A stretch of 30,388 nucleotides of DNA from the NCBI GenBank assembly GCA_043785105.1, contig JAYVXO010000231.1, forward strand, positions 1 to 30,388, given 5' to 3'. This document shows, in pieces, positions 1 to 8,595 of this stretch (positions are counted from its first letter, which is position 1; each line of letters starts with the position of its first letter). The stretch is from Fimbriiglobus sp. (GTDB lineage Bacteria > Planctomycetota > Planctomycetia > Gemmatales > Gemmataceae). Both the position numbers and the translations under genes were made by a program. Under the pieces are notes generated by a model. The model worked only from the letters and a program-made list of their open reading frames with translations. It made no database searches and was not told where the DNA came from.

Positions 1-234
1 GAACCCGTGATCGGTTCCCACGGCCACGCGGCCCGGCACAGTCCGCGACCACGCACGAGCTTCGGCGAACGCTCCGGTCAACGTCGCGTTGGCCGACCAA
101 ACCCAGACGACCGCGCGCCGGATCCGGTCGAGGGCTTGCCAACGGGTATTGCCATGCGGCGTCCAGTTCGCAACGATCGCGGCGTCGATTGCCCAGGCGA
201 CAGCTCGTCGCACGGTTTCGCCATCGCGTGGCAT
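1..234 (-). CDS. hypothetical protein, N-terminal part only (gene runs off the left edge)
   Basis: Hand translation of the minus strand from the ATG at 234-232 gives 78 stop-free codons to the window edge (MPRDGETVRRAVAWAIDAAIVANWTPHGNTRWQALDRIRRAVVWVWSANATLTGAFAE...). The product is protein-like and Trp-rich, unlike the Arg/Pro-rich overlapping frames. It is missing from the ORF track because there is no stop in the window. No family recognised. Confidence 0.3.
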   Translation of the reverse strand, partial: MPRDGETVRRAVAWAIDAAIVANWTPHGNTRWQALDRIRRAVVWVWSANATLTGAFAEARAWSRTVPGRVAVGTDHGF

Positions 235-714
235 GGGCGGCCGCGACGGGCCACCGTCACCCCGGCGACGTGCTCCGAGCCGGCGGAGTTGGCTCGCACG
301 CTCGAATCGACTGTCCGTGCTCGATCGCGGTTATGTGCGAGTTACGAGTTGTTCGCGGAGGTGATTGCGGCCAACTCGTCGTTGGTGACCCGCGTCAAGG
401 ACACCACCGCGTTCGCGGTGAAAGAAGAACCGTCGATCCCGCCGGCGGCGCAGGCGGCGGGCGTGATCCGGGATGTGATGAAGCGGTCGATGCGGTCACG
501 TCCCGAGGCCCATTTCCCACATCCCGTCGCAACCAATCCCCCAACCAATGCCCCAAAACCTCCACCAGTCCCCCACCCAACGCCGGACCGCAATCGGTGT
601 GCCGAACAAAATTGCGGAACAAACCCTGAAATCTGTTGCACTTCCTAAAGTCCGTTCTAAATTCCGGAATGAGTGATTAACCGGCGTTCCTTTCCTAACC
701 CCCTCTCAAATTTC

Positions 715-3183
715 ATGACTGTACCTACTGTTGCTAGTGATTTTCTCGCCGTGGTCCGCAAAAGCGGCCTGATAGAAGAACGCAAGTTATTGGAGGTTTT
801 CCCGAATCCCGAAGCCGTCCCGCAAGACTCTCAAAAGGCAGCGGCAATATTAATGCGTTCGGGATTGTTGACGCAATTCCAGGCCAAACAACTGCTGGTC
901 GGGAAGTTTCGTGGCTTCATGCTCGGGACGTACAAATTGCTGGAACCGATCGGCAAAGGCGGGATGGGAACGGTTTTCCTGGCGGAACATACGTCGTTGA
1001 AACGAAAAGTCGCCGTCAAAGTTCTTCCCGTGGATAAGGCCCGCGACAAACTGACCCTGGAACGGTTCAACCGGGAAGCGCGGGCGGCGGCGGCGCTGGA
1101 TCACTCGAACATCGTTCGGCTGCACGACATTAGCCAGGGCAACGGCGTTCACTTCATCGTGATGGAATACATCGAGGGCAACGACCTCCAAGGGCTAATG
1201 GCGAAAACGGGGCCACTCCACTTCGCACAAGCGGCCCACTACGTGGCTATGGCTGCGGCAGGGTTGCAACACGCCCACGAGAAAGGCTTCGTTCACCGGG
1301 ACATCAAACCGGGTAATTTGATGCTGACGAAAGACGGCACGATCAAGATTTTGGACATGGGTTTGGCACGCTCGTTTACCGACGAAAACGACAACCTGAC
1401 GGCTCAACTCGGGGACGCCTCCGATGTGGCGGGGACGGCGGACTACATTTCGCCGGAACAAGCCATGCAGGGAAAAGTCGATGAACGCAGCGACATTTAC
1501 AGTCTCGGTGCGACACTGTTCGCCCTCGTGACGGGCCACCCGCCGTTCCGCGGTTCCACCGTGCAGAAGTTGATGCAACACCAAATGGCCGAACCGCCCC
1601 GGCTCTCGAAGCTCAAGGGCGTCGTGCCACCGGCACTCAGCGAAGTCGTGGCGAAAATGCTGCAGAAAAAACCGGCGGATCGGTACCAATGTGCCGCCGA
1701 CGTGATTGATGCGTTATCGCCGTGGCTGCCCGCACCATCAACCGGCAACATTGCGCAAGACCCGATCACGAATTCCGATATGACGCCGATGAGCGAGACC
1801 GCCGCGCGGCGAGTGGTGGGGGCGAATTCGACAAAATCGCGGATGAAGCGAACTCAGCCCGGAGCGACGAATCACAAGAAGTGGTACATCGCTGGCGGGG
1901 TCGGCTTGGGATTGCTGATTGTGGTTGGTGTGCTTGGCGGAATCTTGCTGTCGGGTTCGAGTTCACAACCCGTTGTCACGCAAAACTCTAACCCGATCCC
2001 GGCTCCCACGATACCGCCACCGGCACAAACCCAGCAGAAGCCTGCGGTCAGTAACAATTCACCAAGCCCCAAGGTCATACTAAAACAGGCTCCACCGGGT
2101 CGGAGTGCGACACCGAATGGCATCGTTTATGCGGCAGATTTTAGCACGCTCACGCTCGGCGAATCGCTGGCAACCAATACGAACAATGCGGAAATCGGAC
2201 CACTCCCAATGGGCTGGAAGTGTGAAGTGTACAAAGCAAATGTCGAGGGGATATTCCGGATTGGGACCGAAGACGGCAACAAATACTTGGCCGTCTGCGA
2301 CAACCAGGGCGAGACCGGGGCACAGCTCAAATTTGAACCGTACTTGGTTCACACCGATTTGATTCAAGCCGACCGACAGTACGAAATCCGCATCGAGTGT
2401 CGGACGGACACGACGAGCGGCGGGTTCGTTAGAATTCAACGCAACGGTGACTGGAAAATGCTCGTGTCCAAGGCGATCGGTTCCAAGGACGGCTGGCAAA
2501 CAGTCCAAGTCCCGTTCGTGATGGCAGAGGCGACGCGATTTCAGATTGCGATGGGAACGGGAGAAGTGGCTCGCGGCAAATTCCTGGCAGTTCGGAAGTT
2601 TGAAATCGTTGAGACCAACGCCGGTGGGACATCGTTGAAATCGGGTACGCCCACCGACACGCGGCTCTTGAAGTCCATTCAGCAAGTCGATTTCTCCACA
2701 ATCAAGCCGTTCAAGGCCGTGTTTCAAGACGGCAAATCGGACGACCCGCAATGGTTTAGCAACCTCCCGGAAGGCGTTTCCGCCTATTGCTGGAAGAAAG
2801 AGTCAGTCGCCGAATTACGTGCGGAAGCAAGTCACCAGGGCATGGCGGTCGGGATGACCAATTTGAACAACGATTTGTCGGCCCAGTTGACGTTCAAAAT
2901 TGAAGAGAAAAGACCGCTGGAACCGAACCGGGAATACCGAATCCGGATTGAGTATCGGACAGCGAACGACACGACCGGGACACTCTGGGTCCGCAAGCCA
3001 GACTACAGTTCGGTGAAACAACTCGAATTGGCGAACACCGACAACAAGTGGAAGGTCGCGGACGTGACGTTCCAGCGTCCGGTCGATATTCCGCTTCACG
3101 TCGTGATGGCCAATGAATCAACGGGTGAGGGGAACACGCTTTGGGTCCGCAAGTTTGAACTTCTCGAATCGGCCACGAAGTAG
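715..3183 (+). CDS. membrane-anchored Ser/Thr protein kinase with a duplicated extracytoplasmic C-terminal domain
   Basis: Hanks kinase motifs are present: G-loop GKGGMGTVF, VAVK lysine, catalytic loop HRDIKPGNLM, DMG (DFG variant) and GTADYISPEQ. There is one TM helix (WYIAGGVGLGLLIVVGVLGGILL), followed by about 400 aa containing two homologous modules. The track ORF starts at GTG 673. ATG 715 (MTVPTVASDF...) is the more likely start. Confidence 0.92.
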   Translation: MTVPTVASDFLAVVRKSGLIEERKLLEVFPNPEAVPQDSQKAAAILMRSGLLTQFQAKQLLVGKFRGFMLGTYKLLEPIGKGGMGTVFLAEHTSLKRKVAVKVLPVDKARDKLTLERFNREARAAAALDHSNIVRLHDISQGNGVHFIVMEYIEGNDLQGLMAKTGPLHFAQAAHYVAMAAAGLQHAHEKGFVHRDIKPGNLMLTKDGTIKILDMGLARSFTDENDNLTAQLGDASDVAGTADYISPEQAMQGKVDERSDIYSLGATLFALVTGHPPFRGSTVQKLMQHQMAEPPRLSKLKGVVPPALSEVVAKMLQKKPADRYQCAADVIDALSPWLPAPSTGNIAQDPITNSDMTPMSETAARRVVGANSTKSRMKRTQPGATNHKKWYIAGGVGLGLLIVVGVLGGILLSGSSSQPVVTQNSNPIPAPTIPPPAQTQQKPAVSNNSPSPKVILKQAPPGRSATPNGIVYAADFSTLTLGESLATNTNNAEIGPLPMGWKCEVYKANVEGIFRIGTEDGNKYLAVCDNQGETGAQLKFEPYLVHTDLIQADRQYEIRIECRTDTTSGGFVRIQRNGDWKMLVSKAIGSKDGWQTVQVPFVMAEATRFQIAMGTGEVARGKFLAVRKFEIVETNAGGTSLKSGTPTDTRLLKSIQQVDFSTIKPFKAVFQDGKSDDPQWFSNLPEGVSAYCWKKESVAELRAEASHQGMAVGMTNLNNDLSAQLTFKIEEKRPLEPNREYRIRIEYRTANDTTGTLWVRKPDYSSVKQLELANTDNKWKVADVTFQRPVDIPLHVVMANESTGEGNTLWVRKFELLESATK

Positions 3184-3184
3184 T

Positions 3185-4408
3185 TCAACTCCCGAACTGG
3201 CTCCAGTCGATCGACTCTTTCGTTAATTGCGGCAACACAACGGGCAACGCTTCGAGGTATTTCGTGGCGGCGCCGGTGTTGAACACGACGACTTCGTCAT
3301 CCGGGGTGACATCCCCGGAGGCGATGAGCTTTTCCAGCACATCCAAGCAAATCGCCGTTTCCGGGCAGACACTGATTCCTTCGGCGGCACTGGCCCGACG
3401 CATCCACGGCGCGATGCTGGCTTCTGCACCCGCAACGGCTCGACCGCCACTGGCACGGATCGCATCGAGCATCATAAAATCCGCGACCGCCACCGGCACC
3501 CGTAACCCGCTGGCCACAGTGTGCGCGTTCGGGAACAACTCGGCGAACCGTTCCCCTTTCTCGAACGCCTGCACGATGGGGGCACACCCTTCGGCCTGAC
3601 AGGAGATCAACCGGGGGAACTTGATCGGTTGCTGCAACCACCCCAGTTCCGCGAGTTCTTGGAACGCCTTCCACATCCCGATCAATCCCGTTCCACCGCC
3701 AGTTGGGTAGAGGATCACGTCCGGGAGCTTCCAGTTCAGTTGTTCGGCCAACTCGAGGCCCATCGTTTTCTTGCCTTCGAGCCGGTATGGTTCCTTCAAC
3801 GTGGAGAGATCGAACCAGCCCATTTTGTCCACGCCGTCCCGGACGATCTTGCCGCAATCGTTGATGAGTCCGTTCACGCGGAATGCCTTCGCTCCGTACA
3901 AATACGGCTCAAATTGATTCACAATCGGCGTGTCCGACGGCATGAAGACGAAGCACTCCATCCCGGCACGCGCCGCGTAGGCGGCGGCGGCACCACCCGC
4001 GTTGCCCGCAGTTGGTAGGGCCACCCGCGTCACCCCGAGGTGCTTCGCCATGCTGATCGCCGTGGTCATCCCGCGACTTTTGAAGCTGCCGGTTGGCAAC
4101 TGCGATTCATCCTTCACCCACAGTGTTTTTAGCCCGAGTTGTGAACCCAGTCGGGGGCAGCGCAGCAGGGGCGTCATCCCTTCGCCGAGGGTGACGGGTT
4201 CCACGTCCAACGGCAACGGCAACAGTTCACGGTAGCGCCACAACGACGGCGGACGTGTAGCAATGACGGCCGGGGATGTGGCGAGTCGGATGCGGTCCAG
4301 ATCGTAGCGGACGACGATCGGTCGCCCGGCGTGGGTGTTCAGAAGTTGTTCGGGAAGGAACCGTGTTCCGTCGATCGCCGATTCCAAATGGGTCACGAAG
4401 TGCGTCAT
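3185..4408 (-). CDS. thrC: threonine synthase (PLP-dependent, fold type II)
   Basis: Carries LWRYRELLPL and GEGMTPLL, plus the PLP-lysine motif TGSFKSRGMT. The length (407 aa) fits the short ThrC class. The start ATG overlaps the upstream stop (ATGA at 4408-4405). Confidence 0.85.
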   Translation of the reverse strand: MTHFVTHLESAIDGTRFLPEQLLNTHAGRPIVVRYDLDRIRLATSPAVIATRPPSLWRYRELLPLPLDVEPVTLGEGMTPLLRCPRLGSQLGLKTLWVKDESQLPTGSFKSRGMTTAISMAKHLGVTRVALPTAGNAGGAAAAYAARAGMECFVFMPSDTPIVNQFEPYLYGAKAFRVNGLINDCGKIVRDGVDKMGWFDLSTLKEPYRLEGKKTMGLELAEQLNWKLPDVILYPTGGGTGLIGMWKAFQELAELGWLQQPIKFPRLISCQAEGCAPIVQAFEKGERFAELFPNAHTVASGLRVPVAVADFMMLDAIRASGGRAVAGAEASIAPWMRRASAAEGISVCPETAICLDVLEKLIASGDVTPDDEVVVFNTGAATKYLEALPVVLPQLTKESIDWSQFGS

Positions 4409-5949
4409 GGGTTACACGGTGTGGAATGGGAAAAGACAAAGAATATCACTTCGCCGTTAGCGCGGTCCAGGCTTGTTCGGCGCGTGAATTGGGCGTCCAA
4501 CTGTTCGCTTTGCTCGGCGGTCGGCAACCGCGCGGCGTTCAGACGGACTTCGATCAAGCTGACCGAAGCCCGGAGTTCGTTCAGGTAGATTTGCATTTTC
4601 GCGCGGCTTTCAGCGGGCGTTGCTAGCAGTAACTTCTCGATTGTGTCCGCGCCATTGCGGAGCTGTTGCAGTTGGTCACGGGTCGATTTGTCTGCGTTGC
4701 CGTTCGGATTCAGGGTGGCAATCACCAGACTTTGCTGGAGGCGGCGCAGGCGTGCGGGATGGAGGGCGTTGACGAGGCTGTTGACTTCCGCAGTCAGCGC
4801 CGCGTTCACAACGGGTGCCGACGCTACTTGAATCGGCTCGGGTGGCGTCCGAAGGTTCTTCCAGTCCGGGGTCGAATACGAGATGACGAGCAACGCCCCG
4901 ACGATCCCGACGAGAACGGCGATCAGTCCAATCGCGCCGGCGGCAACCTTCCGGCGGCGGGCGCCGGGCCGCGTCCAATCCAGAAACAGACCCGCAAATA
5001 ATCCGACGACGCCACCGAACAAGTGCCCCTCCCAACTGACTCCCGGAGTCAGACTGAGCACCGTGTTCACCCCGATCACCAACACGAATCGCCGCAGCCA
5101 CTCACTCACAATCGCGGGTGGAAGGTGGTCACGGTAACGCAGTAGCCACGCCAGGACCGCGATAATTAAGCCCCAAATGGAACCCGAAGCACCCGCCGTC
5201 ACGCCGTGCGGGTGGATTGCCGCAGCGGCGGCGGCAGCACCGACCCCGGAGATGAGGTACAGCAGTGCGAACCGCCACCGACCCCACAGATTTTCGGCGA
5301 TCGGGCCGATGACACTCAGTGCAAACAGGTTCACCAAAAGATGAATCGTCCCGACGTGAACAAACCCCGCCGTCAGTAATCGCCACCATTCTCCCCGCAA
5401 CAACTCGGGTCCGGAAATCGCACCGATGCGGAGGAGGATTTTGATGTCACCCTCCCGCAAGTAAGTTGCGACCGACGACCCCACGTGCCACGCGACCACG
5501 CCGCCGATCAGAAACCAGACCAAGCAGGCAAACAAGATCGCCGGGGCTACGATCGACGGTCGCGGTGACAGAAACGCCGCACGGGTAATCTCGCCGCGGT
5601 CGTAGGCCGTCAATCCGGGTGTGGCTTCATGGACCGGGTCCGATCCCGGACGGTGCGAGGTGGCCAAGGACCGCATCTCCGGCAATTGCGACGGGTCCGC
5701 AAGCATTTGCAACCCAGCCGGCGTCAGCGAAAATCCTTGCCCACGCCCCTTGGTCCAATCCGCAACGGACACCAAGCCCGCTTTGACCAGCATCCAAACG
5801 GGTTCGTTGAGGCTCTCCCGATCAATCCCCGTTTGACGCGCAAACACCGACGGGAACCAAAAATCCGGCGCCACGTCGGCGCAGAACCGCAAGACCTCAA
5901 TCGCGGTCGGGGTCTTGGCATCGGGGGCGGAGGGGGGATTCGGGTTCAT
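4405..5949 (-). CDS. rhomboid family intramembrane serine protease with extra N- and C-terminal soluble domains
   Basis: Rhomboid core motifs are present: WWRLLTAGFVHVGTIHLLVNLF, catalytic GASGSIWGLI and histidine HLFGGVVGLFAG, with several TM helices. The core is flanked by an N-terminal segment of about 110 aa and a helical C-terminal tail of about 150 aa. Confidence 0.85.
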   Translation of the reverse strand: MNPNPPSAPDAKTPTAIEVLRFCADVAPDFWFPSVFARQTGIDRESLNEPVWMLVKAGLVSVADWTKGRGQGFSLTPAGLQMLADPSQLPEMRSLATSHRPGSDPVHEATPGLTAYDRGEITRAAFLSPRPSIVAPAILFACLVWFLIGGVVAWHVGSSVATYLREGDIKILLRIGAISGPELLRGEWWRLLTAGFVHVGTIHLLVNLFALSVIGPIAENLWGRWRFALLYLISGVGAAAAAAAIHPHGVTAGASGSIWGLIIAVLAWLLRYRDHLPPAIVSEWLRRFVLVIGVNTVLSLTPGVSWEGHLFGGVVGLFAGLFLDWTRPGARRRKVAAGAIGLIAVLVGIVGALLVISYSTPDWKNLRTPPEPIQVASAPVVNAALTAEVNSLVNALHPARLRRLQQSLVIATLNPNGNADKSTRDQLQQLRNGADTIEKLLLATPAESRAKMQIYLNELRASVSLIEVRLNAARLPTAEQSEQLDAQFTRRTSLDRANGEVIFFVFSHSTPCNP

Positions 5950-6059
5950 CTATGTGTTTAGTTTATCGAGACCGAGTGAATTTAGTCACATCACTTCCCC
6001 AGAAGCGATTACAGTAGTGGACTGAGTCCGCCTCCTGCGTCCTCTTCTGGAATGATACC

Positions 6060-6995
6060 ATGATCCCGAATTGGCTGACCTGTTCCGACGAAGTCACGCA
6101 GGCGATTCGTGACCAGCGCCCGATTGTCGCACTCGAATCCACACTCATCTCGCACGGCTTGCCGTGGCCGGCCAACTTCGAGACCGCGACCAAGGCCGAA
6201 GCGGCTGTCCGTGAGGCGGGCGCGATTCCGGCCACGATTGCGGTGATGAACGGCAGGCCGACGATCGGGCTAACGGTGACGGAATTGGAATACTTGGCGA
6301 AAGCCGAGGGCGTGTTAAAGGCGAGTCGCCGTGATCTTGCGGCTGCGGTCACACTCAAGAAAACCGCCGCGACGACGGTTTCGGCGACAATGGCGCTGGC
6401 CCACTTGGCCGGGATTTCCGTGATGGCAACCGGCGGGATTGGCGGTGCCCATCCGCGACATGACGGCCTGAACCCGTTTGACATTTCCACAGACCTCACC
6501 GAGTTGTCCCGCACGGCGGTGCTAGTGGTCTGTGCGGGTGCCAAAAGTATCCTCGATCTGCCGCAAACGCTCGAACTTCTCGAAACCTTTGGCGTGCCGG
6601 TCCTCGGCTATCGCACCGACGAGTTCCCGGCGTTTTATGTGCGTGCTAGTAGCGGCACTGTGTCAACACGTGTCGAGACAGCCCAGGAAGCGGCCGCGAT
6701 ATTCGCGGCCCATGTGCAGATGGGCGGGCGCGGGGCGTTGTTAGCCCAACCACTCGATGAAGACGTGGCGATCGCGCCGGACCTTTTCAACGCCGCGATG
6801 AAGCAAGCCGAAACGGAAGCCCTGTTGAAGAACATCAAGGGTGCGAAGTTGACGCCGTTCTTGCTGACCCGACTGGCCGATTTAACCGTCGGGAAAACCC
6901 TGGCCGCGAACCAATCGCTCATCGTGGCCAACGCCAAACTCGCGGCGGAAGTCGCTGGGCAACTCGAAGTGGTATTCCGCGATTCGACAGGGTGA
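6060..6995 (+). CDS. psuG: pseudouridine-5'-phosphate glycosidase (IndA/PsuG family)
   Basis: Family-typical blocks ALESTLISHGLPWP, ATTVSATMALAHLAGISVMATGGIGGAH, FDISTDLTELSRT and VVCAGAKSILDLPQTLELLETFGVPVLGY. Length 311 aa. Confidence 0.9.
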   Translation: MIPNWLTCSDEVTQAIRDQRPIVALESTLISHGLPWPANFETATKAEAAVREAGAIPATIAVMNGRPTIGLTVTELEYLAKAEGVLKASRRDLAAAVTLKKTAATTVSATMALAHLAGISVMATGGIGGAHPRHDGLNPFDISTDLTELSRTAVLVVCAGAKSILDLPQTLELLETFGVPVLGYRTDEFPAFYVRASSGTVSTRVETAQEAAAIFAAHVQMGGRGALLAQPLDEDVAIAPDLFNAAMKQAETEALLKNIKGAKLTPFLLTRLADLTVGKTLAANQSLIVANAKLAAEVAGQLEVVFRDSTG

Positions 6996-7037
6996 GCTAT
7001 TCTCCGCCGCCCAGTGTTCTTAGCGGAGCGAGAAGCC

Positions 7038-7127
7038 ATGCATAAGCTAGCGGGAATTGGCCTTATTTTCGGTGCGGCGGCGTTGTTGTGGGTGACGGCA
7101 ACGCCCAACCAGTCTGGCGCGGGGTGA
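7038..7127 (+). CDS. 29-codon ORF encoding only a signal-peptide/TM-like segment, possibly the severed 5' end of the next ORF
   Basis: ATG at 7038. Product MHKLAGIGLIFGAAALLWVTATPNQSGAG, then TGA at 7125-7127. It is in the same frame as ORF 7179..7439, and that frame is open from directly after this TGA. Confidence 0.25.
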   Translation: MHKLAGIGLIFGAAALLWVTATPNQSGAG

Positions 7128-7178
7128 ACGCCGGCGGGGTGCCCCCCGACGCTTGGCAGTTCGCCGAGTCCGTACCCG

Positions 7179-7439
7179 ATGCTGTACTCGAACGACCCGG
7201 TTTTCTTCGGCCAGGGAATGGGTAGTGGTTCGTCCGTGGTGCCAACCCGCCCACGCCAACAACCTCGGCCAGCCCCGGCACCCGTTGCCGTGAAACCACG
7301 AATCGAACCCACGAAACCGCAACCGCAGTTCGTGAACGTCGTGATTCCTTCGCCGGAGGCACTTGGTATTTCGCTGGAACCCAAGCCCGTATCCGTGGTC
7401 GTTCCGTTCCCGGATGAGTTGGGCATCAACTTGGATTGA
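7179..7439 (+). CDS. small proline-rich protein with two (V)VxP.P(E/D)xLGIxL(E/D) repeats
   Basis: 86-aa ORF with internal repeats VNVVIPSPEALGISLE (7332-7379) and VSVVVPFPDELGINLD (7389-7436). No family recognised. The coding call rests on the repeat structure and the in-frame upstream signal peptide. Confidence 0.4.
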   Translation: MLYSNDPVFFGQGMGSGSSVVPTRPRQQPRPAPAPVAVKPRIEPTKPQPQFVNVVIPSPEALGISLEPKPVSVVVPFPDELGINLD

Positions 7440-7506
7440 ATTTGTCGAGAGGTACAGCGGAGTGCCACTATCGGTAGCCACGCGACAGGTTCAATGTTTT
7501 TCCCCA

Positions 7507-7536
7507 TTGTCTCGGTTTCGATGAGCGTGGTATCAT
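7507..7536 (+). promoter_or_regulatory. candidate sigma70-like promoter for the toxin-antitoxin pair
   Basis: TTGTCT (7507-7512), an 18-nt spacer ending in TGG (an extended -10 like TGn), then TATCAT (7531-7536). It lies about 25 nt upstream of the GAGGA RBS (7551-7555) and ATG 7562. This is a pattern match only, and I do not know the planctomycete promoter consensus. Confidence 0.2.
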
Positions 7537-7561
7537 CAATCAAACGATTTGAGGATGACCG

Positions 7562-8029
7562 ATGCTGATGAGTGAGAACGAAATCATTTCGCCGAATACA
7601 GTTGATGCTCAACTGGCTCAGGAAACGAGTCGTTCACTCGCTACGTACCTCAGCAAAACAAACGGGTCACATCTCAAAATTCAAAACTCCGAGACCGGGG
7701 AAGCACTGAGACTCCCGGCTCCCGCAATGCGGGCGTTACTTCATATTCTCACCGAAATGGGACAAGGCCACGCGGTGACTGTGGTGCCGATCCACACCGA
7801 ACTGTCCACCCAACAAGCCGCCGAGATCCTGAACGTTTCCCACCCGTACCTCCTCAACCTCGTCGATAAAGGAACCATCCCGAGTCGAAAGGCGGGCGTT
7901 CAACGGCGATTGCTACTCAATGACGTGATCTCTTACAAAAATGACCTGTACAACAAACAGGTAAAAGGCATGGAAGAATTAGCAGCGATCGGCCAAGAGA
8001 TGGGCCTCTATGACGATGCCGCCAAATGA
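7562..8029 (+). CDS. helix-turn-helix (excisionase/MerR-type) DNA-binding protein, putative antitoxin
   Basis: Contains the HTH block LSTQQAAEILNVSHPYLLNLVDKGTIPSRKAGVQRRLLLNDVISY. A GAGGA RBS lies 6 nt upstream. The stop overlaps the PIN gene start (ATGA at 8026-8029). Confidence 0.85.
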   Translation: MLMSENEIISPNTVDAQLAQETSRSLATYLSKTNGSHLKIQNSETGEALRLPAPAMRALLHILTEMGQGHAVTVVPIHTELSTQQAAEILNVSHPYLLNLVDKGTIPSRKAGVQRRLLLNDVISYKNDLYNKQVKGMEELAAIGQEMGLYDDAAK

Positions 8030-8595
8030 CCCCGGTCGTCGCAATCTATGATGCCAACGTTTTGTTCCCGCCGTCATTACGCGACTTCCTCGTTTGGTTG
8101 GCGATCACAGGTGCGTGCCGGGCACGGTGGACGGACATGATACACGACGAATGGGTTCGCAACGTCTTGGCGAATCGCCCCGCCGTTAGGTTGGCAAGTC
8201 TCGAACGGTGCCGCCAACTGATGAATGAAAACGTTGCGGACTCGTTGGTGACTGGATTTGAAGAACTGATCCCCACGCTCAGCTTGCCAGATCTCGATGA
8301 TCGGCACGTCCTGGCGGCAGCAATTCACGGCGGGGCCAATTGCATCGTGACGTTCAACCTGAAGGATTTCCCGAGTCAGGAATTGTCGGCCTATCAAATT
8401 GAAGCAATTCACCCCGACGACTTTGTCAGTCAGCTTCTGAATGCGGCACCGGGATTGGTTTATCACGCGGCCCGGCAGCAGCGAGCGACGTTGAAAAACC
8501 CGCCAAAAACCGCCGCCGAACTTCTGGCGACACTCGAAACGGTTGGCTTGCCGCAAACAGCCGACGTAATGCGACGGAACGTCGATCTAATTTGA
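8026..8595 (+). CDS. PIN domain ribonuclease, putative toxin
   Basis: The N-terminal acidic residue sits in VAIYDANVLF. Further conserved acidic positions are in PDLDDRHVLAAAIHGGANCIVTFNLKDF. It is translationally coupled to the upstream HTH gene. Confidence 0.85.
   Translation: MTPVVAIYDANVLFPPSLRDFLVWLAITGACRARWTDMIHDEWVRNVLANRPAVRLASLERCRQLMNENVADSLVTGFEELIPTLSLPDLDDRHVLAAAIHGGANCIVTFNLKDFPSQELSAYQIEAIHPDDFVSQLLNAAPGLVYHAARQQRATLKNPPKTAAELLATLETVGLPQTADVMRRNVDLI

Noticed and set aside
7-648. 213-aa + strand ORF at the left edge
   Set aside because: The first half is Arg/Pro/Gly-rich and not protein-like. It shares wobble positions with minus-strand frames. I prefer the partial minus-strand gene 1..234 and leave 342..641(-) unresolved.
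636-663. TTGCAC-16 nt-TAAATT as the kinase promoter
   Set aside because: Only 3/6 and 4/6 positions match the sigma70 hexamers. Without knowledge of the host promoter consensus this is not distinguishable from chance.
5963-6544. 193-aa minus-strand ORF
   Set aside because: It lies antisense to psuG and has no motifs. The same reasoning applies to 2080..2751(-) inside the kinase, and to 3297..3857(-) and 3521..4018(+) inside thrC.
7125-7155. A SECIS-like hairpin downstream of the in-frame TGA
   Set aside because: A GC-rich stem can be drawn, but it is short and interrupted, and such stems are expected by chance at this GC content. There is no redox-type U/C motif context. It is kept only as a low-probability alternative in the finding.
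6635-7612. 325-aa minus-strand ORF spanning the psuG 3' end, the small-ORF region and the antitoxin start
   Set aside because: The product is Ser/Thr/Gly/Ala/Arg-rich and low in complexity, with no motifs. It overlaps three better-supported + strand ORFs and looks like a typical long antisense frame in GC-rich DNA.
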